From a virus (Duplodnaviria > Caudoviricetes), in the IMG/VR virus record IMGVR_UViG_3300029825_000015, positions 1 through 46,576 of that record: a stretch of DNA of 46,576 bases; one strand, 5' to 3'. Below are positions 39,601 through 46,495 of this stretch, one piece after another. Every line of letters begins with the position of its first letter. The first letter of the stretch is position 1. The notes under the pieces were generated by a model, which was not told the DNA's origin, ran no database searches, and saw only the letters and a list, made by a program, of their open reading frames with translations. A program made the position numbers and the translations under genes.

Positions 39601-39835
39601 TAATTTAGTAGCAACACAAACATGGGTAAAGGCTCAAGATTATGCAACTAAAGCAGAGTTGGACTCGGCTAAGACTACTTATTATAATCAAGGTAAAGCA
39701 TATGGTGAATCATTACACGCTGGTGATTATAGTAGAGGGTATAATTCTGGTGAAAGAGACGGCTATAGTAGAGGTTATAGTGAAGGTTATGCTAAGGGGC
39801 TTTCTGAAGGTCAAAGTCAAGGTGGCACAGATTAA
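36662..39835 (+). CDS. Tal-like baseplate hub / tail spike protein
   Basis: Follows Dit; N-terminal hub region (IITKLRVTGADG), coiled coil, Gly-rich beta repeats, C-terminal GYxx repeats; start may be TTG 36668. Confidence 0.75.
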   Translation: MILIFRYDKNHKLRQNQIFLANPQKDYIGVLTSAKNIKVTLFMNDLNTASFRIYKFENNIENKNYTELEIKRLVEIRYIGWFQISNVKEHDDGMYSYKDITCIALENELTGKRIDDIKGVFALYDITDTEHSLLHIITRQTDWKIGHVDNELVEKWRTFSIDSNKIYNFLVQDVSKSFSCLFLFDVYEKTINAYKLSNYGELTDIIISKKNILQEYIRESSLDNIITKLRVTGADGLDIRAVNPTGSNYIINVNYFKNTGWMSQGLVDALDNYENALNSIAKTYTTTLSLYKQRQSELTVLNADLETLNANKKAKENVQGSYVQLYNGTPPSTSNEYQLYIEAVNELADTNRQIAIKKKEILNKENQIDDIRQQLDDIGTSLDQSKYFTKAHLTELEVFLTENDEYQDSTFIATDTMTAEEIIDMKLELLENAKEELKRASQPQYTVEILASNLYSIIDDDTRKLSYDKWKEQLQLGNIITIKFEKGYITTARLIKIEIDFDNLADLKLTFSDKSRFDNELTELGELIADAGRTSNSMSLSKFGWDKASKLTSPVQEFITSTLNATVNAIQSNDNQDMYFDTYGLHMRKWLPDQNKYDDKQAWWTNNILLFSDDGFKSAKTGIGQFTTEAGETFYGFIGEAIISNIVASESLTIKNANNTFIVDKNGALLIDANFTITRGNNKIVLDPIEGFSIYNKSDKVIFLDSNGDANFKGHITASSITLTNAIGLTINNGNGTFTVSADGHIHAESGDIAGFIMDNNVLWAGEGTKYIRISSDHTYINDQYGAIDLGLSPEINPSTGMKDTIIHLRSDGYARFGLNALDGSVKFNYKDQDFTGKNKTFTFYTKNFRIANDGLVTSTGINLKNGSPIRGYSTNGIPHNLVNFSPNDNVVVGQENDPQNTHIYGLDELAFYIGSDNNKAFIMSPDKFSFKLPIELNGNLDVAGDLGVKGNETVSGNLSVSGKTTTNTLSSSGNITMGGNLVATQTWVKAQDYATKAELDSAKTTYYNQGKAYGESLHAGDYSRGYNSGERDGYSRGYSEGYAKGLSEGQSQGGTD

Positions 39836-39859
39836 ATAAGTGGTCGGTAAACTTTAAAA

Positions 39860-39893
39860 ATAAAAGGAACTGGATATTTTCAGTTCCTTTTAT
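39860..39893. terminator. Bidirectional terminator
   Basis: TAAAAGGAACTG/CAGTTCCTTTTA between convergent genes. Confidence 0.7.
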
Positions 39894-39898
39894 ATAAA

Positions 39899-40690
39899 CT
39901 ATTCAAAATTATAATCATATACAAGTTTGCAACCTGTTGTTACTTCTACATCAAATTTAACATATTTTTTGTTACCAATAATTTGACTAAGGGTTTTTGT
40001 ATTTTCATTACCAAAATACTTAACCAAATCATCATCGTTGATCATGTTATATATTGCATCGTCACTGTCTATATATTCAGCAATCATTACAAGAAGATAC
40101 TCGCCATTACGTACTTTATTAAATCCATAAGTGGATATGTTATTATTACCTTCGTAATAAAAAGATGATTGTTTATAAAAAGTTTTTGGATCTTCATTTT
40201 CAATTAATATATTTTTTAATTCTTTTAATTCATATATAGGTTGTTCTTTATCTTTAGGGATTAATAATAAATCTACTGTACAAGGATTTACTTTATTTTC
40301 GTTATTAGTGTCAATATATGTTACTCCACCTGTAATACTTCCTACTTGTTCAGGTATTACAGTTACGTTACATTTATATTTCTTTTTTTGATAAGTTGCT
40401 GTAATTGTTGCTTCTCCTGCGGATTTGCCAGTAATTCTTCCATAATTATTTACTGTTGCGACAGATTTATCACTAGATCTCCATTTCATATCAGATTTTA
40501 TAGGCTTATCATCTTTTAATAATTGTACGTCATAACAAATTACTTTTTCTTCAATTGTTAATTCAGTGAGGCTTAATTTAATGTTACTCTTTTTTGATTT
40601 TGCATATGCTATGGAGCTACCGGTATATGCTGTAAAAACTATTGCTAATACGAGTACTAATGCAATTTTTAATTTATTTACTATTTTCAT
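39899..40690 (-). CDS. Secreted Ig-like (Big_2) domain protein, moron
   Basis: Signal peptide ending AYA; MKWRSSDKSVATVNNYGRITGKSAGEATITA Big_2 motif; AGGAGGAG SD. Confidence 0.85.
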   Translation of the reverse strand: MKIVNKLKIALVLVLAIVFTAYTGSSIAYAKSKKSNIKLSLTELTIEEKVICYDVQLLKDDKPIKSDMKWRSSDKSVATVNNYGRITGKSAGEATITATYQKKKYKCNVTVIPEQVGSITGGVTYIDTNNENKVNPCTVDLLLIPKDKEQPIYELKELKNILIENEDPKTFYKQSSFYYEGNNNISTYGFNKVRNGEYLLVMIAEYIDSDDAIYNMINDDDLVKYFGNENTKTLSQIIGNKKYVKFDVEVTTGCKLVYDYNFE

Positions 40691-40746
40691 TGGTTCTCCT
40701 CCTTTGTGTAATAGATAGTGAACGTTGGTATGATGTTATATACCAA

Positions 40747-40775
40747 ATTATACCACAATTATAACTAAAAATCAA
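40747..40775 (-). promoter_or_regulatory. Sigma-A promoter of the second Ig-like moron
   Basis: TTGATT, 17-nt spacer, TATAAT with TG extension. Confidence 0.75.
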
Positions 40776-40938
40776 CAATAAAAAAACAATATTGTAAATT
40801 GAAGACTCGCTACGCACTCTCGTGACTTTAGTCATGAGTTAGTGGCGACATATGTTAATATAAAAACATAATCAATATACTGAAAACACTTGATTTCTAA
40901 ATATACATATGTTATATTATATTTAGAGGTGATAATAT

Positions 40939-41343
40939 ATGGCAGACATACATAAAGGAAGAGGATATGTGTATTCAATACAATATCATATAGTATGGTG
41001 TGTAAAATATAGACATAAAGTAATTAATGGCGAAATAGAAAATAAATTAAAAGAAATAATATATAAAATAGCAGAAGATAATAATTTTATTATCGAAGAA
41101 ATGGAAACTGATTTAGACCACATACACTTATTAATAGAATGTAGTCCCCAACATTACATACCTAATATAATAAAAGCATTAAAAGGAGTGTCTGCTAGAC
41201 TATTAATGAAGGAGTATGGATGTGTATTAAAAAGGAAATTATGGGGAGGACATTTATGGAATCCTAGTTATTTTATCGCCACAGTAAGTGAAAATACAGA
41301 GGAACAAATAAGAAATTATATTCAAAGTCAAAAAATCAAATAG
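40939..41343 (+). CDS. tnpA: Y1 HUH transposase TnpA
   Basis: YHIVWCVKYR, DHIHLL (HUH), LWNPSYF, IRNYIQSQ (catalytic Tyr). Confidence 0.95.
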   Translation: MADIHKGRGYVYSIQYHIVWCVKYRHKVINGEIENKLKEIIYKIAEDNNFIIEEMETDLDHIHLLIECSPQHYIPNIIKALKGVSARLLMKEYGCVLKRKLWGGHLWNPSYFIATVSENTEEQIRNYIQSQKIK

Positions 41344-41363
41344 AAAGGTAGGTGAATTTATCT

Positions 41364-42509
41364 ATGAAAACTGTAATAAAAGGATATAAATATAGAATAT
41401 ATCCAACCAAAGAACAAGAAGTGCAATTAGCTAAAACTTTTGGTTCATGTAGATTTGTTTATAATCAAATATTAGCAAAGAAAATAGAATTATATAGAAC
41501 AGATAAAAAATCTATAAGCAAAACAGATTGTAACAATTATTGTAATAGAGAATTAAAAAAGCAACATCTATGGCTCAAAGAAGTAGATAAATTTGCTTTA
41601 ACTAATTCTATTTATGATTTGGATAGAGCTTATCAAAATTTCTTTAGAGAAGTAAAAAAGGGTAATAAAAATCAAGGATTCCCCAAATTTAAGTCAAAGA
41701 AAAATCACTATTATTCTTATAAAACTAATTTTACAAATAACAATATTAAAGTAGATTTTGAGAATAATAGAGTTCAGCTACCTAAATTAAAATGGTTAAA
41801 AGCTAAACTTCATAGACATTTTGATGGTAGAATATTGTTCGCTACAATAAGCAAAACTCCTAGTGGTAAATATTTTGTTAGTTTTAATGTAGAATGTGAA
41901 CATAAGGAACTAAAACAAAACAATAACTCATTAGGAATGGATTTAGGAATTAAAGATTTATTAATTACGTCAGATGGCGAAGTATTTGATAATAAAAAAT
42001 TAACATATAAATATGAGTTAAAATTAGCTAAATTACAAAGACAGATTGCTAAAAAGAAGATAGGTAGTAACAAATGGAAGAAACAAAGAGTTAAAATTGC
42101 TAGAATATATGAAAAAATAACCAATATTAGAAAAGATAATTTAAATAAGATTTCTCACCAAATAGTTAAGGAAAATCAACTTATATTTAGTGAAAATCTT
42201 AATATAAAAGGTATGGTTAAAAATCATAATTTAGCAAAATCTATTCATGATTGTAGTTGGTATGAATTAACAAGACAACTAGCTTATAAATCAGAATGGA
42301 ATAATCGTATTTATCATAAGGTTGATAGATATTATCCTTCAAGTCAATTATGTAATGTATGTGGATATAAAAATAAAGATACTAAAAATTTAGGTGTTAG
42401 ATTTTGGATATGTCCTGAATGTCATACAAAACATGATAGAGATATAAATGCTAGTATAAATATTCTTAATCAAGGATTAAAGGATTTAGGATCAGATAAG
42501 GCAGTTTAA
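41364..42509 (+). CDS. tnpB: RNA-guided endonuclease TnpB
   Basis: YKYRIYP N terminus; RuvC D-E-D in GMDLG, FSENL and DRDINA; CNVC/CPEC zinc finger. Confidence 0.95.
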   Translation: MKTVIKGYKYRIYPTKEQEVQLAKTFGSCRFVYNQILAKKIELYRTDKKSISKTDCNNYCNRELKKQHLWLKEVDKFALTNSIYDLDRAYQNFFREVKKGNKNQGFPKFKSKKNHYYSYKTNFTNNNIKVDFENNRVQLPKLKWLKAKLHRHFDGRILFATISKTPSGKYFVSFNVECEHKELKQNNNSLGMDLGIKDLLITSDGEVFDNKKLTYKYELKLAKLQRQIAKKKIGSNKWKKQRVKIARIYEKITNIRKDNLNKISHQIVKENQLIFSENLNIKGMVKNHNLAKSIHDCSWYELTRQLAYKSEWNNRIYHKVDRYYPSSQLCNVCGYKNKDTKNLGVRFWICPECHTKHDRDINASINILNQGLKDLGSDKAV

Positions 42510-42660
42510 ATATATAAAAACAATAGGGTAGGAACTATCCAAATTAAGACGCCCATGGAGTTAGTAGGTTACGAGGACTATGAAGTGGGAAAATGATAGA
42601 GTAATCTTGAAGCACGCGACTTTAGTCGTGTGAGGTTCACAGAATTTAGAAAGTTGCCTG
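42510..42660 (+). ncRNA. TnpB omega/reRNA scaffold plus flanking guide (5' boundary uncertain)
   Basis: Established property of IS605 right ends; guide would begin AGAATTTAGAAAGTTG at 42641. Confidence 0.6.
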
Positions 42661-42773
42661 TAAGTAAAAATGAAAGGATTTATTTTGCTAAGAAAGATAA
42701 TGAAGTGAGGATTTACCTTTATGGTAGAGATATTATTGATAAAGATTTGTGGTTCTTATTTAAAAGGAAATAA
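42642..42773 (+). pseudogene. 3' fragment of a small gene cut by the IS right end
   Basis: Open frame EFRKLPVSK...FKRK ends in the 18-bp boundary motif; no SD on the left flank of the IS. Confidence 0.5.
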
Positions 42774-42804
42774 AAGAGTAATTCTATTAGATTGGAGAGA
42801 TAAG

Positions 42805-43050
42805 ATGGACGTAGAAAAACTGAAACAGAAGATAAAAGCATTAACGAGCAAATTAGAAAAAGAAGAAATAAAACTAAGTAAAGCAACGCCAACAAAACCA
42901 TTAATTAGTGACGAATCTGATTATAATAGTAAAAAGAAAGAGTTGATTCATAAGTATACTTATTTTTGTAGCTACTGTGGTGAGCCTATAAGAAAAAATT
43001 CAAAGAAACATATGTGCGGTCAAGTTCACGATTGGAGTGAAATTAATTAA
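42805..43050 (+). CDS. Small Zn-ribbon hypothetical protein
   Basis: GGAG SD before ATG 42805; CSYCG...HMCGQ motif. Confidence 0.7.
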   Translation: MDVEKLKQKIKALTSKLEKEEIKLSKATPTKPLISDESDYNSKKKELIHKYTYFCSYCGEPIRKNSKKHMCGQVHDWSEIN

Positions 43051-43096
43051 ATAATACGACCAAAACTATATTCTACTTTAAGAAAGGGCATCCATT

Positions 43097-43276
43097 ATGC
43101 AAAAACAAGATATGTCAGAAATGTGTGAATTTAAAAATGTAGAGTTATATTATAAACTTCAAAATGGTGAAATAACACAAGAAGAATATGATAATTATTG
43201 GGACAACTATTGTAGTAAATGTGAATATATGAATGAAATTTGTATGTATGGGGATGGAGATGAATTATGGGATTAA
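43097..43276 (+). CDS. Hypothetical protein (59 aa)
   Basis: AGAAAGGG SD, open frame overlapping the next gene start; below the track cut-off. Confidence 0.6.
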   Translation: MQKQDMSEMCEFKNVELYYKLQNGEITQEEYDNYWDNYCSKCEYMNEICMYGDGDELWD

Positions 43277-43482
43277 TAACAAATTTACTTACTAAGAATA
43301 AAACACAAATACCTTTGTTATATGTGACATTCGATTATAAGAAATTTACTGAAAATGGTAAGATTGGTTCTTGCATGGCGAATGCACATCCTGTAATAAG
43401 GAATGATGAAAATGTTATATTAAGGATAAATGAACTGATCGACTACATAAGAGACAATTATGATATGGATGATATTATATAA
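43267..43482 (+). CDS. Hypothetical protein
   Basis: GGAG SD; 71 aa. Confidence 0.7.
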   Translation: MGLITNLLTKNKTQIPLLYVTFDYKKFTENGKIGSCMANAHPVIRNDENVILRINELIDYIRDNYDMDDII

Positions 43483-43495
43483 AGCAATTATATTA

Positions 43496-43590
43496 GTCTG
43501 GTGTTATACCGAGAGTGGGCTGCTCTCAATCAAAATCAATCGTATACAATAACCCAAAGTAACCCTCCCACTTTGGGTATAGCACCAGAT
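43496..43590 (+). ncRNA. Candidate structured RNA (long closing stem with G-U pairs, C-rich loop)
   Basis: GTCTGGTGTTATACC pairs with GGTATAGCACCAGAT; internal hairpins. Confidence 0.5.
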
Positions 43591-43600
43591 ATTTGGACAT

Positions 43601-43781
43601 GTGGTCAGTGGCGAAAGTATAAACGCAGTGAAGACAATAATCTGCTCCCATACGGTGGAAGAAATCTATTAGTGTTGATACTTATGTACGCACGAAATAG
43701 TCTTAATGAAGAGATTGATGTCCGCACGAAGAAACATCCATGCAGGAGTGTTACAGTAGGTGAAAAGCCTTGCCTGACCAC
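43601..43781 (+). ncRNA. Candidate tRNA-like RNA with a large insertion at the anticodon position
   Basis: GTGGTCAG/CTGACCAC acceptor-like stem, GCG/CGC D-like arm, GTAGG-TGAAAAG-CCT T-like arm. Confidence 0.45.
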
Positions 43782-43801
43782 TTTAAAATGAAAGGAGATT
43801 T

Positions 43802-43942
43802 ATGAGTAATACACATTTTATTACTATTTCCAAAGAAGAATTTGATAAGATTGAAGTTGGAGATAGATTAGTTATTCAGAATGATGAAGATAGATATTGT
43901 TATGTAGTTTATGTTGAAAATAATGATAATCATAAAATGTGA
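43802..43942 (+). CDS. Hypothetical protein (46 aa)
   Basis: AAAGGAG SD; stop codon lies inside a boundary motif. Confidence 0.6.
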   Translation: MSNTHFITISKEEFDKIEVGDRLVIQNDEDRYCYVVYVENNDNHKM

Positions 43943-43969
43943 GTTCTATACGATGAGGAAGGAGTTGTT

Positions 43970-44137
43970 ATGAAAGTATTTGTAATTGAAAAAGATTTTG
44001 GTAGTGCAGGATGCTGGGGAATATATGAATCAGATTGGAAATTAACAAACATTATATTTACTGATGAAAGCAAGGCGAAAGAATATGTTAAGTACAACGC
44101 TGATTATTACAGATATAAAACAATAGAGACAAAATGA
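43970..44137 (+). CDS. Hypothetical protein (55 aa)
   Basis: AAGGAG SD; stop codon lies inside a boundary motif. Confidence 0.65.
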   Translation: MKVFVIEKDFGSAGCWGIYESDWKLTNIIFTDESKAKEYVKYNADYYRYKTIETK

Positions 44138-44171
44138 AATACAAGATTTATGAGATATTGGAGGTGGAGCG

Positions 44172-44345
44172 ATGAAAGATACAAGTATAACTACGATTAT
44201 AGAACGATTGAGAGAAAAGGGAGCCACTCATGTATATAGAATGATGGGTGACGAAGTATACATAGAAAAGTCAACTTTGAATTTAGCAGCGAGTTATTTG
44301 GATGATTTTTTATTAATATTAGAAAGTTTGGAAGAAGAACTGTAG
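44172..44345 (+). CDS. Hypothetical protein (57 aa)
   Basis: GGAGGTG SD; open frame; followed by a boundary motif. Confidence 0.65.
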   Translation: MKDTSITTIIERLREKGATHVYRMMGDEVYIEKSTLNLAASYLDDFLLILESLEEEL

Positions 44346-44393
44346 TAATATAAAATGCAAATTTCATGTTGTTTCCAGAAAGGAAGTGAATCA

Positions 44394-44846
44394 ATGAAAA
44401 TACAAATAAATGATATATCTAAATTTAGAATACTAAAGGTAAAAGATTGGTCTATTACTTTTGAATATGACGGTCAACAATATTTATTACATAGTTCATC
44501 AGAAACAGGAGAAGGTAGTTGGCAAGAATTGTATAAAAGAGATGTAGATAAAAATGGGAAATATAACTTAGAACATATATTAACTAAATCATATGCCAAA
44601 GATCATTTACCATCTGACTATATAAGGAATTATCACAAATATAAAACTTATGTTTATTCACAGATAGATAAAAGATACTTCATTATGAGATTAATATACA
44701 ATGATTTTGCTGAAGGAATTTTATCTGATGAAGTAGATAGTGTAAAGAATGAAATTAAGCTAAAGTATGATGAAATTAAGTTATACAGAGATAAAATTAG
44801 TTTACTTGAGAATGCCATTAGAAATTTAAAGCAGTTTAAAAAATAG
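44394..44846 (+). CDS. Hypothetical protein
   Basis: AGAAAGGA SD favours ATG 44394. Confidence 0.75.
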   Translation: MKIQINDISKFRILKVKDWSITFEYDGQQYLLHSSSETGEGSWQELYKRDVDKNGKYNLEHILTKSYAKDHLPSDYIRNYHKYKTYVYSQIDKRYFIMRLIYNDFAEGILSDEVDSVKNEIKLKYDEIKLYRDKISLLENAIRNLKQFKK

Positions 44847-44888
44847 AATCAATTATCAATTTTATTAGGAAAATTGGAGGCGAGGAAA

Positions 44889-45116
44889 ATGAAAATTAAA
44901 CAAGAAATTGACCTAGATATTTCAGCAAGCGATGTGGCAAGATTAATTTATGAAGATTGGGCAGATGGAGATGTGATTGACTTTTTGAATACAATTGGAT
45001 TATATCAAGACGATCTAAAAGATTTATTATCCGCAGCTAGAGATAGCTTATATAAATTGGATAATAAAGGAAGAGAAGCATTATCAATTATTGAATCCTA
45101 TTTTAGAAAGGAATAA
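44889..45116 (+). CDS. Hypothetical protein
   Basis: GGAGG SD favours ATG 44889. Confidence 0.7.
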   Translation: MKIKQEIDLDISASDVARLIYEDWADGDVIDFLNTIGLYQDDLKDLLSAARDSLYKLDNKGREALSIIESYFRKE

Positions 45117-45176
45117 TAAAGCAAATCAATATATCAATTTATTCAAAATCGTTAATATAAAACATAGAAAAGGAGA

Positions 45177-45506
45177 TTGAAAATGGATAAGTATATACCA
45201 AGTATAGGAGATGTTGTATTTGATAACGGAATACCAGTTGTTGTGATTAAAATGGTTAGCTATGAAGACGCCGGTAGTTGTGGTTATGCTAGAAAATATC
45301 TATTATGTGATGAAAAATACATAAGAGAAAATCAAGGTATTGTCACAATTAAAGATCTGGAACAGTATGGAAGATGGGTTAGTATAAACGGATTGCCTTT
45401 TCCTGACATTGATAAAGTGAATGATATTGCTCCATATAATATTAGTCAAGTTGAATATTATAATGTCGAACAAAAGGTTGCGAAAACAGTTACAATTTAT
45501 GAATAA
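45177..45506 (+). CDS. Hypothetical protein
   Basis: AAGGAG SD; start is TTG 45177 or ATG 45183. Confidence 0.7.
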   Translation: MKMDKYIPSIGDVVFDNGIPVVVIKMVSYEDAGSCGYARKYLLCDEKYIRENQGIVTIKDLEQYGRWVSINGLPFPDIDKVNDIAPYNISQVEYYNVEQKVAKTVTIYE

Positions 45507-45553
45507 TAATATAAAACTTTACTTTGATTGGATAATTAGAAAGGAAAATCAAA

Positions 45554-45829
45554 ATGGAATTTAGAGATTATTACATACGAAAGAAATCAGAAATTCAAAT
45601 TGCAAAAGATGAGATTGTTGAAAACATAATGAAGCAGCAAGGTATGTATGATATGTATTTTCTAGGATATATAGCTGTTATTGAAACACTAGTAAATTAC
45701 ATTGATAAAGAATACACTTTAGCATTGTTGAAAAATTTAACAGAATCACCTGAAACAAGTGAAATAATTAAGAAGTTAGCAAATGATTTGATTGACAAGT
45801 ATAGTAAAGAACCAAAGTTTGAGGTGTAA
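45554..45829 (+). CDS. Hypothetical protein
   Basis: AGAAAGGA SD; 91 aa. Confidence 0.7.
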   Translation: MEFRDYYIRKKSEIQIAKDEIVENIMKQQGMYDMYFLGYIAVIETLVNYIDKEYTLALLKNLTESPETSEIIKKLANDLIDKYSKEPKFEV

Positions 45830-45877
45830 AAGCACAGAGAATAACGCATTTATACGTTTAAGAAAGGGATATTAAAC

Positions 45878-46054
45878 ATGAATAGAAATCAAATGACCAA
45901 GCAACAATTAATTGATTTAGAAGAAAAGTATTGTACTAATTTATCTATTGGCGGATCTTGTTGGGCTTGGTGTCCATATAGAGAAAATGGTATGTGTGAA
46001 TTAGATATGAAGTTTGTTTTACATGAAGCAATCAGATTATTAAAGGAACAATAA
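45878..46054 (+). CDS. Small Cys-containing hypothetical protein (58 aa)
   Basis: AGAAAGGG SD; stop codon lies inside a boundary motif. Confidence 0.6.
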   Translation: MNRNQMTKQQLIDLEEKYCTNLSIGGSCWAWCPYRENGMCELDMKFVLHEAIRLLKEQ

Positions 46055-46090
46055 AACAACTGTTTATTGGTAGAAAGGAAGGAAAAATAA

Positions 46091-46429
46091 ATGGATAAAG
46101 CATATTTAGTTTATGAATCTTGGAGTATTACAGCAGATTCGAGTGTGGTAGGAGTTTTCTTGGATGAAAAGAAGGCAGATGAATACGTAGAGATACATAG
46201 CGAAAAGAGAAGACAAGAAAATGAACGTTATGAGAAGTGTTTTAATTGTAGAAATAAAATATGTAAAAGCGATGAAGAAGGAAATGGATTTAATTTTAAA
46301 GACACCTGTGAAAATGCTGTAATTAAAAAGGATAGACATGGGTTATATTGTGAAAATGATAATTCAGACTTTTATGAAACTGTATATTCAAATGATTATT
46401 GGAAGGTAGAAGTTGATATTTTAGGATAG
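46091..46429 (+). CDS. Hypothetical protein with Cys cluster
   Basis: AGAAAGGAAGG SD; 112 aa. Confidence 0.72.
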   Translation: MDKAYLVYESWSITADSSVVGVFLDEKKADEYVEIHSEKRRQENERYEKCFNCRNKICKSDEEGNGFNFKDTCENAVIKKDRHGLYCENDNSDFYETVYSNDYWKVEVDILG

Positions 46430-46473
46430 CATGAAAGAACGATTTCATGCGATATTAACAATATAAAACTATA

Positions 46474-46495
46474 GAGTGTAATTTAAATTACACTC
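46474..46495. repeat. Perfect 22-bp palindrome GAGTGTAATTTAAATTACACTC
   Basis: Read directly; no spacer. Confidence 0.85.

Larger units (their letters stand above)
40804..42640 (+). mobile_element. IS200/IS605-family insertion sequence
   Basis: tnpA+tnpB; subterminal hairpins CTCGTGACTTTAGTCATGAG (left) and CACGCGACTTTAGTCGTGTG (right); target TTGAA at 40799-40803; right end TCAC. Confidence 0.9.
42770..46448. repeat. Dispersed 18-bp imperfect palindrome ATRAAA-N6-TTTYAT at gene boundaries (11 copies)
   Basis: Copies start at 42770, 43059, 43932, 44134, 44350, 44848, 45125, 45511, 45836, 46050 and 46431. Confidence 0.75.

Noticed and set aside
36662-39835. Diversity-generating retroelement or invertible tail-fibre cassette
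   Set aside because: No reverse transcriptase, template/variable repeat pair or inverted cassette seen
3423-40168. Short ORFs overlapping major genes or the tRNA on the opposite strand or in another frame (e.g. 4766-5071, 5657-5998, 7378-7566, 15969-16223, 17756-18070, 30209-30547, 36068-36661, 39983-40168)
   Set aside because: Shadow frames of well-supported features, without SD or protein-like motifs
42721-42804. N-terminal extension of the 42721-43050 ORF
   Set aside because: SD and boundary motif place the start at ATG 42805
43550-43567. Telomerase-template-like TAACCC repeats
   Set aside because: Only two hexamers and no reverse transcriptase nearby; likely chance
43501-43791. 96-aa + strand ORF
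   Set aside because: No SD, atypical composition, and coincides with two base-paired RNA candidates
44264-44281. Extra match to the 18-bp motif (AGAAAA-gtcaac-TTTGAA)
   Set aside because: Lies inside ORF 44172-44345, so not counted; shows the motif can occur by chance
44042-44394. Minus-strand ORFs 44042-44227 and 44197-44394
   Set aside because: Plus-strand ORFs with strong SDs (43970, 44172) explain the region
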